From Bdellovibrionales bacterium (lineage in GTDB: Bacteria; Bdellovibrionota; Bdellovibrionia; Bdellovibrionales; UBA1609): a DNA stretch of 64,000 nt. Location: the NCBI GenBank assembly GCA_965200875.1, contig OZ241456.1:352001-416000 (forward strand). The letters run 5' to 3'. How positions within the stretch are numbered: position 1 is the first letter of the stretch; each line of letters opens with the position of its first letter. The notes under the pieces were generated by a model. That model worked only from the letters and a program-made list of their open reading frames with translations, ran no database searches and was not told where the DNA came from. Of the stretch, positions 38,026-48,396 are shown piece after piece. The position numbers and the translations under genes were made by a program.

Positions 38026-39189
38026 TTACAGTTTTTCCACCAAAAGGGCCACGGCTTCTCCGCCTCCTAAGCATAAGCTGGCTATTCCATATTTTTTGTT
38101 ATGATGATGGAGAGCATGTATCAAGGTGGTGAGGATGCGCGCGCCACTAGCTCCCAAGGGGTGGCCCAAAGCTACAGCACCGCCATGTATGTTGAGTTTT
38201 TCAGCTGGAATACATAGCTCTTTAGAGACCGCTAAAGCCACAACGGAAAAAGCTTCGTTGATTTCAAACAAATCAATTTCAGAAAGTTTCATACTGGCAT
38301 TTTGCAAACAGTTCTTTATGGCTTGGACAGGAGCTGTCGTAAAGTATTCCGGTGCTTGCGCAAAAGAACCTTGTGCAACAATACGAACCAAAGGCTTTTT
38401 CTTTTCTGATTTCAGATATTGTTCTGAGACGAGCAAACAGGCGGAGGCACCATCGTTGATTTTACTGGCATTGGCCGGGGTTATGCTTCCGTCTTTTTCA
38501 AAAACAGGTTTGAGACGGGAGATTTTATCAAAGAGTACTTTGTCCGGCTCTTCGTCTTTATCCACTAGCCGATTTTGTTTTTTAGAGGGTACAGTCACGG
38601 TCACTATCTCTTTTTGAAACCAGCCTTCCTTTTGCGCTTTTTGCGCTTTTCGGTAACTTTTTATTGCAAATTCATCTTGTTGTTCCCGGCTGATTTTGTA
38701 CTCTCTGGCGCAAATTTCGCCGGCATTTCCCATCTGAAACTCATGATAAGGATCCCATAGGCCATCTTTAATAATTCCGTCCTCTAGGTTGGAGGGGCCA
38801 AAGCGAAGACCTGTTCTGACTTTAGGGAGAAGATAAGGGGTTAAGCTCATGTTTTCTTGGCCTCCGGCGACTGCGACATCGAAGCGACCCAGAGTAATGG
38901 AATCCTGAGCGAGCATAATAGCTTTTAAACCAGACCCGCAAACCTTATTGACAGTCATGCACTGAGTGGAGTTTTTCAGTCCGGCATAGATGGCGGATTG
39001 GCGGGCAGGGGACTGCCCCGCGCCGGCGGTCAATACCTGACCCATAATACATTCCTGTATATCCCCTTTCTGGGATTGCAGTAAGGAAGCAATTACTTGC
39101 GCCCCCAAGCGAGGAGCGGGAACAGAAGAAATAGCTCCCATAAAGGAACCAATAGCTGTTCTTTTAGCCGATAAGATATAAGTATTCAT
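38026..39189 (-). CDS. atoB: Acetyl-CoA C-acetyltransferase (thiolase)
   Basis: NKVCGSG, EINEAF, GGAVALGHPLGASG, CLGGG. Confidence 0.92.
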   Translation of the reverse strand: MNTYILSAKRTAIGSFMGAISSVPAPRLGAQVIASLLQSQKGDIQECIMGQVLTAGAGQSPARQSAIYAGLKNSTQCMTVNKVCGSGLKAIMLAQDSITLGRFDVAVAGGQENMSLTPYLLPKVRTGLRFGPSNLEDGIIKDGLWDPYHEFQMGNAGEICAREYKISREQQDEFAIKSYRKAQKAQKEGWFQKEIVTVTVPSKKQNRLVDKDEEPDKVLFDKISRLKPVFEKDGSITPANASKINDGASACLLVSEQYLKSEKKKPLVRIVAQGSFAQAPEYFTTAPVQAIKNCLQNASMKLSEIDLFEINEAFSVVALAVSKELCIPAEKLNIHGGAVALGHPLGASGARILTTLIHALHHHNKKYGIASLCLGGGEAVALLVEKL

Positions 39190-39319
39190 GGTTGATATTT
39201 ACAGTATAATCCAAAAAACAATGTATGACACATACTGACCCAATAGTCTGGTTATTTATCTTTAAACCGGACTTTTTTTATCTTCTGCTATCTTAAAACC
39301 GATAAATTTTCCATATAAG

Positions 39320-40138
39320 GTGATTTTTATGATGAAAAAAAATCTGTTTATTATTCTGTTTTTTTTCTGTGGGTTAATAAACTCAAGTTCTGCCAAGGCT
39401 GATACTCGTTGGTCTCAAACTGAAAATACCACAAAAAAATCATGGTTAATAGCGGAAAACTCTACAGAAAAAAAGGAGGAATTAAACGCGTATGATCCTT
39501 TTGCAGACTATTCTGAGTTTGAAAATACAGCAGAAGAACAGGAAAATATCAATTTTTTTCAAACTGGCAGATTTCTCACTCTAGGAGTTTTAGGAGGAGT
39601 AAAATTATTCACCCTGAATATGGCCATTTTATACCAAATAGGTCCAGTTTATGGAGGATATTTAAACTATTTTTTTGATCTGCAATTTTCCATTCAATTC
39701 GGACTAACAGCCAGCACCCATGAAGTGATTTTACAAGATCAACAAGAGCTGAATTTTCTGGGAGCTGCTGATTTTTTGTCTATGGGCTTGGATTTTAAAT
39801 ATTTTTTTGACAAAAGTCTTTTTAGCAAAAACTTTTCCTGGTTACAACCTTATGTTTTTCTTGGAGTATTTAATGCCTCAGTGACAATGGTTGCCACATA
39901 CACCGATCAGCTCGGTTTTACTGAAGCTAGCGGATTTGGCCTAAATATGGGGTTGGGAATAGAATTACACTTTATGAAAAAAATCCATTTTGGGCTGGAA
40001 TACGCATTTAAATTCGTCACTTTGGAGAACGAAGCTATCCCACTTCGCTTAAATGTTGGAAATAACCAGCAAAACACCAATTTTAGACCTTATGGGGACT
40101 GGATGAATATTACTTTGCTATTAGGCGTCAATTTTTAA
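39320..40138 (+). CDS. Outer-membrane beta-barrel protein
   Basis: Signal peptide, amphipathic strands, C-terminal LLLGVNF. Confidence 0.75.
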   Translation: MIFMMKKNLFIILFFFCGLINSSSAKADTRWSQTENTTKKSWLIAENSTEKKEELNAYDPFADYSEFENTAEEQENINFFQTGRFLTLGVLGGVKLFTLNMAILYQIGPVYGGYLNYFFDLQFSIQFGLTASTHEVILQDQQELNFLGAADFLSMGLDFKYFFDKSLFSKNFSWLQPYVFLGVFNASVTMVATYTDQLGFTEASGFGLNMGLGIELHFMKKIHFGLEYAFKFVTLENEAIPLRLNVGNNQQNTNFRPYGDWMNITLLLGVNF

Positions 40139-40226
40139 AATACTTTTCATTTTTTTTATGTTACGCTTTTTTCAGGGCATGATTCAAGTGCCCTGTGTTT
40201 TAATACATCGTTGCTAAGGAGGTAAT

Positions 40227-40811
40227 ATGAAAAAAGCAATAATGGTTATATTAACCGGATTCTTTTCCTTGATAATGGCTTTGCCAGCACTTATGCCCAT
40301 CGTGACATACGCAGAAAGTGGTATGGATGATGGTATGAGAAAGAAAAGATACCGGTATAGAAAAAGAACCCACCGTATCCAAGTTGGAGTGGATGCCATC
40401 CCTTGGTCAAGTGAATCAAAGAGGAACATGAAATTTGGTATTGATTTTCTCTATGGATATAATGCCGGCCATTTTGAGATAGGGCCAAATATAAAGATCG
40501 AAAATGCTGGTGATGGAAGGATAAACCTAGGTTTCAGAGGTGGAATTTGGGGAGAATTTAACATGATAAAAAACACCAGAAAAGAAAAATTTGTCCCGGC
40601 TTTAGGTTTAAAAATTAACTACCAGAGAGAAGACAACAAAAATTATTTATTGTGGGGTCCTAATCTGGCTTTAAAATATTTTCCAGCTAGCAGAACAGGG
40701 CTTGTGTTCAATATAAGTTACGATATAAGGGATGAGTTTAGTAGCTTGTTTAAGCTTGAAGATATGCAATTTAACCTGTCATTGGCTTATGTTCATTACT
40801 TTAATTTTTGA
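40227..40811 (+). CDS. Small outer-membrane beta-barrel protein
   Basis: AAGGAGGT RBS, signal peptide, about 8 amphipathic strands, C-terminal YVHYFNF. Confidence 0.75.
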   Translation: MKKAIMVILTGFFSLIMALPALMPIVTYAESGMDDGMRKKRYRYRKRTHRIQVGVDAIPWSSESKRNMKFGIDFLYGYNAGHFEIGPNIKIENAGDGRINLGFRGGIWGEFNMIKNTRKEKFVPALGLKINYQREDNKNYLLWGPNLALKYFPASRTGLVFNISYDIRDEFSSLFKLEDMQFNLSLAYVHYFNF

Positions 40812-40846
40812 TGGATTTTTTGAATCACATTATTAAGTGAGAATGT

Positions 40847-40876
40847 AAAAAGCCGGAAGATATCTTCCGGCTTTTT
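40847..40876. terminator. Bidirectional rho-independent terminator
   Basis: Perfect palindrome aaaaagccggaagatatcttccggcttttt between convergent genes. Confidence 0.9.
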
Positions 40877-40898
40877 TTGTAGCTAATTTTTATATTCA

Positions 40899-41447
40899 TC
40901 ATTTGCATTGAAAAGTAATATCCGTGTATTCCCTAAAAACAGGCGCGGTTCTGGTGGTGGAATAGCTGTCGCTATGGCCGTGTTTTGAAGAGCTGTCCGA
41001 TTGGGAATAAACTCCCCCTATTGCCTTGCTGATAAGGCTACCTCCTGCCCCAGTATTACGGGAACCAGCACCATAACCGCTATGCGCACCCTGACCATAA
41101 CTGTCTCTTTGAGAACTATAGTCACTGTGATAAGAAGTGTCCGTGCGAGTTCCTAAGTTTTCTTTCTTCTCAGCAATAGTGTTTATAGTATATTTGCCCT
41201 CACAAAAATTTTTAATACTGCGCTTTACCGATTTCAGACCTTTTTTATGTGCTCTTTGCCAACTTGTAATAGCACCCGGTCTCTCGGAGTAAGTGGTTTC
41301 TCCGTACACAGTCAGCTCCACACGCCCTTTTTTAACCGGATTATATGCCCTCTCCTTAAACTCATGAGTCGCATGATAATAACGAAATGTGGTACAGGAT
41401 ACAGCAATAAATAGGTGGAACAAAATCATTGCAGATTTTAAATACAT
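40899..41447 (-). CDS. Putative lipoprotein with a Ser/Gly-rich segment
   Basis: AGGAGG RBS, lipobox AVS|C. Confidence 0.75.
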   Translation of the reverse strand: MYLKSAMILFHLFIAVSCTTFRYYHATHEFKERAYNPVKKGRVELTVYGETTYSERPGAITSWQRAHKKGLKSVKRSIKNFCEGKYTINTIAEKKENLGTRTDTSYHSDYSSQRDSYGQGAHSGYGAGSRNTGAGGSLISKAIGGVYSQSDSSSKHGHSDSYSTTRTAPVFREYTDITFQCK

Positions 41448-41577
41448 AATACCCTCCTTGTTTTCTTTTATTTGTACAGCTATTTCTTTTTAAAAACAAC
41501 TTATTTTGGAGGTCATCTGCCTTAAGAATTGGGCTTATTGAAATTCTCTGACGGACTTTTCTCCCCTTTAGGTTTTT

Positions 41578-42789
41578 TTACTTTTCTTTTCTAAAGGCTC
41601 TGGCCGAAAGAGTAACAAGAGATTTATTGTCAAAAGGAACACCCACACCTATTCCGCTCCAAGCTGAATAAGGAGGTAAAATGTGCTTATTTTTTTCCTT
41701 AAGAAAATTAAAAAATCGTTTAGATGTCATTTTTGTGTGAAAAGTGTTCACTTCCATAAGGTCGTTTATACTCAAGCCAGTGAGTCGCAATATTTTTTTC
41801 AGCTGCTCAAACAGAAAACTGTATTGTTCCTTCTCCCTTATATTTAAACGACTACCAGCTGAAAACAAAGTACCAATATATACGATATTTTTAAATTCAA
41901 TCGCTGTGGAAAACTTTGAACCTTTTCTCTGGTGATATCTTATATTGTGTTTGGAGTTTTTTAAACGGGCGCGAACTGTTATTTCCAGAAGGCCGGCAGG
42001 ATCTGCAATATCACTCACCATTAAGGGATTCCACACAATAGGTTTTTGGATAAATTCATCTCTGATTTTTTTAAAAATCCTTATATTTTTTCCACTGTTG
42101 ACTCCAACAACATGAAATGTATCCAGCTCAATCACCTCATCCAGCCCGGAACCCACAGATTCCAAAGCTTTTTTAAGAGTCAAAAAAGCATCTTTAAACT
42201 GCTCTTCCACGGTTTTTCCTTTTGATACTCCTGAAAGACCGGATAAATAAACCAAATCATCGTCAATAATGGCAGGAGTGTATTTCAACCGACTGATATT
42301 TTTATTCAGAGTATTTAAATAAATAAGTTTATCTCCTCCTTTTATTTTTTCTGCTCTAGCAGTTACTTTCAGCTTCTTGGTACCAGGAAAGAAATTTTTT
42401 ATTTCCACGGCAGTCCATGTTGGATAAGGAGGTTTTGGGAAGTATTTGTCTTTTACTTTCAGAAAGATTTTTTCATGTTTAGATATATCCACATGCCATG
42501 TGTAAATTTCCTTTATGTGTGAAATGTCCGATCCGGCGGTTTTTAATACTTTGGATAACTTGTTAAAGGTGGAATCAAATTGTTTTTCAATCGCGTTTTC
42601 TCCTTTAAACACTTCACCAGAAATTCCTGATAAAAAAAGATCATTTCCAATTTCAACAACCGCGCTGTAATGAGTATTTTTGGATGTTTTCTGAAAATCA
42701 GGAGGATTAATATGGTGCATTGTTGTTCCATCCTTAAATAGAGCGCAAGAGACAAAGAAAAGAAACACAAAAAGAAAACCATTTTTCAT
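41578..42789 (-). CDS. Putative lipoprotein with three tandem Rid (YjgF/YER057c/UK114) domains
   Basis: Lipobox FVS|C; three ~125-aa repeats with YS.A / L(F/Y)LSG / Q...F..L...L...G / T.H / W / (V/L)..RA motifs. Confidence 0.8.
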   Translation of the reverse strand: MKNGFLFVFLFFVSCALFKDGTTMHHINPPDFQKTSKNTHYSAVVEIGNDLFLSGISGEVFKGENAIEKQFDSTFNKLSKVLKTAGSDISHIKEIYTWHVDISKHEKIFLKVKDKYFPKPPYPTWTAVEIKNFFPGTKKLKVTARAEKIKGGDKLIYLNTLNKNISRLKYTPAIIDDDLVYLSGLSGVSKGKTVEEQFKDAFLTLKKALESVGSGLDEVIELDTFHVVGVNSGKNIRIFKKIRDEFIQKPIVWNPLMVSDIADPAGLLEITVRARLKNSKHNIRYHQRKGSKFSTAIEFKNIVYIGTLFSAGSRLNIREKEQYSFLFEQLKKILRLTGLSINDLMEVNTFHTKMTSKRFFNFLKEKNKHILPPYSAWSGIGVGVPFDNKSLVTLSARAFRKEK

Positions 42790-44183
42790 AAAGATGTAAG
42801 AGTTTTCTTCGCAGAGTTTTTTATTAGGGATTGGGTGTAATTAATCCATTGCCTAGCCGTTTTAATCATCTGTCCTGTTGCTTTTGTGTTAATAACCTGT
42901 TCAAAAGATTTTATGGCTTTATCGTAGGCTTTTAAATTGACCTGAGCAATGCCGATAGAAATATAAATCTGTTCAGGACGTTTTATATTTCCTTTATGGA
43001 GGGCTTTCGTAAAAGAGTTTACCACTTTATTCCAATTTTTGTTTTTCATGTAAATATGTCCAATCTTGGCAAATATTTTCCCATCTTTTGCCGAAGAACC
43101 AGCCAGCTGGTAAGCTTTTAAAGCTTTATTTGTTTCGTTTGCTCTTTCCCAGCAATCTCCCAATATTTCATAATTTTTTTGAGAGAGCTTTACTTTTTTA
43201 AGCTTAATGGAGTGTTCCATTAAATGACCAGCTTTAAAGGCAAGCCCTTTATGCAAAAGGAGACTGGTTAGGTGTAAAATCTCTTGTTCTTTTTCCAAAA
43301 AATCCAATTTATAGGCCAAATCCAAGGTAGCCAGCGCGCGATCTTCTTTATTAATGTTTAGATAGACCGCAGAAAGCTGTTTCCAATATTTTTTCTTGTC
43401 CGGCCAGCGCGCAGTCAATGTGGTCAGAAAACGCACAGCGGGTATGTATCTCTCCATTTCCAAATTGAGACCCGTTGCAAGAGCTAGCCAACTCTCTTTT
43501 GGATTCGTAGTGGACTTAAGAGCTTTCATTACCAGTTCCAGAGCTTGTTTTTTTTGTTTTCGTTCCATCAAAACAGTGGCTTTTAAAACATAAAGTGGTG
43601 GAGGAATAGTGTCAGACAGATAAAATAATTGCTCTATAAGATCAGAGGCTTTTTTTATTTTATTTTTCATCAAATTCAAATAAGCCATATCGTACAGAAC
43701 AGATAGATGTTCCTTATAAGGAAGAGTTTTTAAACCCAAGGCTTTCTTATAGTAAAGGAAAGCTTTTTTTAAATCATCCTTGGATAAATAGACACTCGCT
43801 TTTAGCTTGTAAAGATGTGCTAAATCGAAAGGTCGGTTTTTCACTGTTTTTTCCAGTTTATTAATAAGCTTCAGGGTTTTGTTTTCGGAATTTTTTTGAT
43901 TCATTACCCGGTGAATACGATCAAGTCGCCGTTTCACTATAGGGGAAGTAAGAGCATTTTTGCGATTTTTAAGTTCTTTTTTAAAGGCTACCCACTGCTC
44001 AGGCATTTTTGTTTTAGTGTGTTGTGTTCGGTGATGTTCGGCAGATGGGCTTTCTTGTGTGTTGTTTTTTGTTGTGTTTTTTATGCTGTTTGGTGGATCT
44101 TTTTTCGCGACAAGTGTTTTTTGTTTTGCGTTTAAATATGGGCCACTGATCAACAAAGCCAGAAAAATGATTGTTTTTATCAT
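42786..44183 (-). CDS. Exported TPR-repeat protein
   Basis: Signal peptide; repeated TPR helices (KKYWKQLSAVY, ALATLDLAY, ARQWINY). Confidence 0.8.
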   Translation of the reverse strand: MIKTIIFLALLISGPYLNAKQKTLVAKKDPPNSIKNTTKNNTQESPSAEHHRTQHTKTKMPEQWVAFKKELKNRKNALTSPIVKRRLDRIHRVMNQKNSENKTLKLINKLEKTVKNRPFDLAHLYKLKASVYLSKDDLKKAFLYYKKALGLKTLPYKEHLSVLYDMAYLNLMKNKIKKASDLIEQLFYLSDTIPPPLYVLKATVLMERKQKKQALELVMKALKSTTNPKESWLALATGLNLEMERYIPAVRFLTTLTARWPDKKKYWKQLSAVYLNINKEDRALATLDLAYKLDFLEKEQEILHLTSLLLHKGLAFKAGHLMEHSIKLKKVKLSQKNYEILGDCWERANETNKALKAYQLAGSSAKDGKIFAKIGHIYMKNKNWNKVVNSFTKALHKGNIKRPEQIYISIGIAQVNLKAYDKAIKSFEQVINTKATGQMIKTARQWINYTQSLIKNSAKKTLTSL

Positions 44184-44268
44184 AAGAAAACACCTTGTGT
44201 TGAACCAACCCGATAAAGTTTTTATATACCAATAATTGTCATTAATGTCAAAAATCTTAAAGGTTATT

Positions 44269-45561
44269 TTAAGAATGGTATTTATAGGCTTTTGGGTTTA
44301 TTTCGTATTTTTTGATTCGTTCGGAGAGGGTGCTTTGAGCTATGCCTAGCTCTTTCGCTATTTTTTTCTGATTGCCCCGGTAAAATGTCATAGCTTTTAA
44401 AATAAGATCTTTTTCTATTGTTTTTATTACCGGTATTTGCAGGAGTTTTTGAGTAAATTCTTCTTTCTTGTCTGATGATAAAACAGGAGTGTAGATGAGG
44501 TGTGGTATTTGTTTTACTTCCACTGTTGTTCCTGAAAACAAAGCCTTAGCTCTGGCGACTGTATTTTTAAGCTCTCTGATATTTCCCGGCCATGAATGCC
44601 TTTTCAACAGCAAAATCGCTTTGTCTGAAAAAGAAATGTTATATTCATTACAAAAAAATTGCAGAAGATCATCGAAGTCCTCCATTCTGTTTGCCAAGTA
44701 AGGAGGGGAAAGATTGAGCACATGCAGTCGGAAATACAAATCAGAACGAAATGTTTTTTGAGCCACTTTCGCTTTTAAATCCTGATGAGTGGCTGATATA
44801 ATACGAACATCCGTTTTTTTTACATTATCTGATCCAACCGGTTTAATTTCCTGATATTCTAGTGCACGAAGAAGTTTGGGTTGCAAATGCAGAGGGAGAT
44901 CTCCAATTTCATCCAAAAACAGAGAACCACCCTTAGCGGCCATAAACGCTCCCTGCCGATTGGTGAGCGCACCCGTATAACTACCTTTGACATGTCCAAA
45001 AAATTCACTTTCAATAAGAGACTCTGAAAGAGCACTGCAATTAATGGAAATCATAGGTCCTTTGCTTCTGTAGGAATAACGATGAATTAATTTTGCCAGC
45101 ATTTCTTTCCCTGTGCCTGAGGGACCGGTAATAAGAACAGGCATATTATTTCTGGCTATGTTGGGAAGTTTTTCCAGCTGTTGACTCCATTCCGGATTTT
45201 TGCTTTTTGTGTGAATATTCCAATGATTGTCAAATCTTTCAAAAGAGAAAGTAAATTCCTTTGTCCCCACTTGAATGCGATCATTGTTTTTTAAAACGGC
45301 TTTAAATACACGAGTGCCATTGAGAAAAGTGCCATTTTTGCTGTTCATGTCCTGTAATATAAAGCCTTCTTTTTCTTTTTTTTGAATGCGACAATGTCTG
45401 CGAGAAATGAAACCGTCGTCCAGAACAATGATGTTTTCGCTATCTCTGCCTATACTGACAAAGGAAGAGATTTCCCTTTGCTCTGTATGTGAATCTTCTG
45501 ACCAGCGCAGAAAACCATGATTTTGGTTGTTTTTTTGAGGAGTTAATTTTTGTGTTAGCAT
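44269..45561 (-). CDS. FHA-domain sigma54-dependent transcriptional activator
   Basis: FHA (IGR, ISRRH, SKNGT); GPSGTGKE, ESEFFGH..GSYTGA, LFLDEIG, WPGNIREL; Fis-type HTH. Confidence 0.92.
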   Translation of the reverse strand: MLTQKLTPQKNNQNHGFLRWSEDSHTEQREISSFVSIGRDSENIIVLDDGFISRRHCRIQKKEKEGFILQDMNSKNGTFLNGTRVFKAVLKNNDRIQVGTKEFTFSFERFDNHWNIHTKSKNPEWSQQLEKLPNIARNNMPVLITGPSGTGKEMLAKLIHRYSYRSKGPMISINCSALSESLIESEFFGHVKGSYTGALTNRQGAFMAAKGGSLFLDEIGDLPLHLQPKLLRALEYQEIKPVGSDNVKKTDVRIISATHQDLKAKVAQKTFRSDLYFRLHVLNLSPPYLANRMEDFDDLLQFFCNEYNISFSDKAILLLKRHSWPGNIRELKNTVARAKALFSGTTVEVKQIPHLIYTPVLSSDKKEEFTQKLLQIPVIKTIEKDLILKAMTFYRGNQKKIAKELGIAQSTLSERIKKYEINPKAYKYHS

Positions 45562-45656
45562 TTTGTGCTCCTTTTATATATATATCGTTATTTTTTATGT
45601 TTTTTATTGTTGCAAAAAACATAACAGGGTTTTGTCGTCTAAAAATAGGGTTTTGG

Positions 45657-45700
45657 ATTCGGATTCCGAATTTTTTTCAAAAAAGATTCGGATTTCGAAT
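45657..45700. promoter_or_regulatory. Paired palindromic operator-like sites
   Basis: attcggattccgaat (45657-45671, perfect 7-1-7 palindrome) and attcggatttcgaat (45686-45700). Confidence 0.6.
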
Positions 45701-45869
45701 TTTTTGGATCAAGACAAAACTATATTGTTGCATCTTGTCAAGTTGGCATTCATTGGTTTTTTCAGGCAAAAAGTGAATGCTTCCTGTTTTTGTATATACC
45801 TGTTTTAAGTTTCTATCCTCCTTTTAAAATTCTTTTTGCCAATATGTTTAAACTTACCACTATTTACCC

Positions 45870-47243
45870 TCAGTACTTGTAATCATCTGGTTTGTAAGGG
45901 CCATTTACATCTAGGCCCAAATAATCTGCTTGGACTTGAGAGAGCTGGGTTAACTGAACACCCAGTTTTTCCAAATGCAAACGAGCCACTTTTTCATCCA
46001 AGGCTTTAGGTAGACGATACACTCCTGGAGCATAACTGTCTTTTTGTTTCCATAAATCCAGCTGAGCCAACACTTGATTACAAAAGGAGTGGCTCATTAC
46101 AAAAGAGGGGTGGCCGGTGGCGCAACCCAAATTCACCAAACGTCCTTCTGCCAAAACAATGATTTCCCGTTCATCAGAAAAACTATGTAAATCCACTTGT
46201 GGTTTTAAAAATGTTTTTTTGCTATTTTGGTTCAGCCATTTCATATCTATTTCCAAATCAAAATGACCGATATTGCAGACAATCGCTCCACTTTTCATTT
46301 TTAAAAAATGGTCTTTTGTGATGATATCTCTGCACCCGGTGGCTGTGACAAAAATATCCACTTGGTCAGCCACATTATCCACGCGAACTACATTGTAGCC
46401 TTCCATACTGGCTTGCAAGGCGCAGATAGGGTCAATTTCAGAAATCAGCACCTGCATTCCATAAGCGCGAAGACTTTGCGCAGATCCTTTGCCTACATCC
46501 CCATAGCCAGCTACCAAGGCAGTTTTTCCAGCCAGCATAATGTCCGTGGCTCTTTTGATTCCATCCACCAAAGATTCTCTGCATCCATACAGGTTATCAA
46601 ATTTGGACTTAGTTACAGAATCATTGACATTAATGGCTGGTGCTTTCAGTTTTCCTTCTCTCTGCAATCTTTCTAAGTTTCTTACACCGGTAGTGGTTTC
46701 TTCAGAAATACCCACCACTTTTTTCATTAAGTGGCTATACTCCGGCTTGTGCATAACATTGGTTAAATCCCCTCCATCATCCAGAATCAAATCGAAGCCA
46801 CCTGGCCCCCAACCTTTAATGGTTTGTTCGATACACCACCAGTATTCTTCTTCTGTTTCTCCTTTCCATGCGAAAACAGGCACTCCAGCTTGTGCCATTG
46901 CCACTGCTGAATGATCCTGAGTGGAATAAATGTTGCAGGAACTCCACCTTACCTGAGCACCTAACTCTATCAGAGTTTCTATCAGCACTGCTGTTTGAAT
47001 AGTCAGATGCAGGCAACCTGTTATCCGCGCACCTTTTAAAGGTTTTGATCCAGAGTATTCTTTTCTTAAAAACATTAACCCGGGCATTTCATTTTCTGCT
47101 AGGCGGATTTCCTCCCGTCCATAACGGTTTAAATCTTTCATTTTTTCCGGGTTGTTCATAGCCTCTTTACACACCCGGTAGTCAAGTGTTTCGTTTTCTC
47201 TTCTCTTCAGCTCTCCCATAAAATGTTCTCCTTTTTTCGGCAT
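45870..47243 (-). CDS. ahcY: Adenosylhomocysteinase
   Basis: [45 protein letters not shown]. Confidence 0.97.
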   Translation of the reverse strand: MPKKGEHFMGELKRRENETLDYRVCKEAMNNPEKMKDLNRYGREEIRLAENEMPGLMFLRKEYSGSKPLKGARITGCLHLTIQTAVLIETLIELGAQVRWSSCNIYSTQDHSAVAMAQAGVPVFAWKGETEEEYWWCIEQTIKGWGPGGFDLILDDGGDLTNVMHKPEYSHLMKKVVGISEETTTGVRNLERLQREGKLKAPAINVNDSVTKSKFDNLYGCRESLVDGIKRATDIMLAGKTALVAGYGDVGKGSAQSLRAYGMQVLISEIDPICALQASMEGYNVVRVDNVADQVDIFVTATGCRDIITKDHFLKMKSGAIVCNIGHFDLEIDMKWLNQNSKKTFLKPQVDLHSFSDEREIIVLAEGRLVNLGCATGHPSFVMSHSFCNQVLAQLDLWKQKDSYAPGVYRLPKALDEKVARLHLEKLGVQLTQLSQVQADYLGLDVNGPYKPDDYKY

Positions 47244-47421
47244 TTTAATTCAGAGTTACGGGAATATACAAGTGTATTTTTTTCTAAAAAGAGGCTTTAA
47301 ACTCATCCATAGCTTTCACAGCATTATTTCTTCTGTTTTTATCATAGACATAAGTCGTTTGTTTTTGGTTAAAAAAGATGTGATAATTGAAAAAAAATGA
47401 ACAAAATCGGATTTGCAAAAT

Positions 47422-47823
47422 ATGGCTGAAAACAAAATAGAACCTGATTCCTTTAAACCGCATCATCATATTCCGAAGTTTTCAGCGGTTTTATTTAAGC
47501 TGGTTAAAAAACCACTTTTGATTTATTTTACAATAGCTGGCAATATAATCATGTTTTTGTCTGCTTATGTGTTTTTTCATTTTGAAAACAAGCTCAACAA
47601 TAATGTAGACACTTATTGGGACGCGCTTTGGTGGGCACTTTGCACTGTCTCCACTGTGGGGTATGGAGATATTGTGCCTATAACTGGAATAGGGCGTATT
47701 ACGGGTGCTTTTCTGATTATTTTTGGTGTTATGTTTTTTTTGGGTTTTATGGCCATTATGGCTACAGCCATGTCTGTTATCATCACCAATCAGAATTTTC
47801 CGGGAACAAACGGCGAACAATAG
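47422..47823 (+). CDS. Minimal 2TM potassium-channel pore protein
   Basis: DALWWALCTVSTVGYGDIVP selectivity filter between two TM helices; no RCK domain. Confidence 0.88.
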   Translation: MAENKIEPDSFKPHHHIPKFSAVLFKLVKKPLLIYFTIAGNIIMFLSAYVFFHFENKLNNNVDTYWDALWWALCTVSTVGYGDIVPITGIGRITGAFLIIFGVMFFLGFMAIMATAMSVIITNQNFPGTNGEQ

Positions 47824-48041
47824 AAAACCCGGATTTTTCTTTGTTTTTTTGACCAAAAATCCAAGAAAAATTGCATTATAGTTGTATATGATATATAAGA
47901 ACGAACCATTGTGGATTATTTTTTTGCAGATTGTAGATTTTATCAGGTGATATGAGATATTATAAATAAGAGGGAAGTTTGAGGCATAATATAACCTGCG
48001 AAAATAAAAATCGGGCAGGTTCCAAAGCAAGGAATATAAAG

Positions 48042-48368
48042 ATGATACAAGTTTCTGATTCCGCGGCTAGGCAAGTCCAGCTTTTGAAGGAAAGAGATAA
48101 ATTGAGCACAGATGATTTTTTGCGGGTCTCTGTCAAAGAAGGGGGATGTTCAGGGTTTTCTTATAAATTGGATTTCGATAAAGAAAAACAAACTAACGAT
48201 AAAGTTTTTGAATGTAATGGTGTTCAGCTGATTGTGGATTCCAAAAGTCTGCTCTATTTAATGGGTATGACTCTGAATTTTGACGGTGGTTTGAACGGCA
48301 AAGGGTTTACCTTTTCCAATCCAAACGCCTCTAAAACCTGTGGCTGTGGTTTTTCCTTCAATGTTTAA
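48042..48368 (+). CDS. iscA: IscA/HesB A-type Fe-S carrier
   Basis: GGCSGFSY, NPNASKTCGCGFSF. Confidence 0.9.
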   Translation: MIQVSDSAARQVQLLKERDKLSTDDFLRVSVKEGGCSGFSYKLDFDKEKQTNDKVFECNGVQLIVDSKSLLYLMGMTLNFDGGLNGKGFTFSNPNASKTCGCGFSFNV

Positions 48369-48396
48369 AAACAAGTATTCCCATTAACGAGGAATC

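Noticed and set aside
47244..47420. SAH or SAM riboswitch upstream of ahcY
   Set aside because: AT-rich with no GAGGAGCG or S-box consensus and no stable stems
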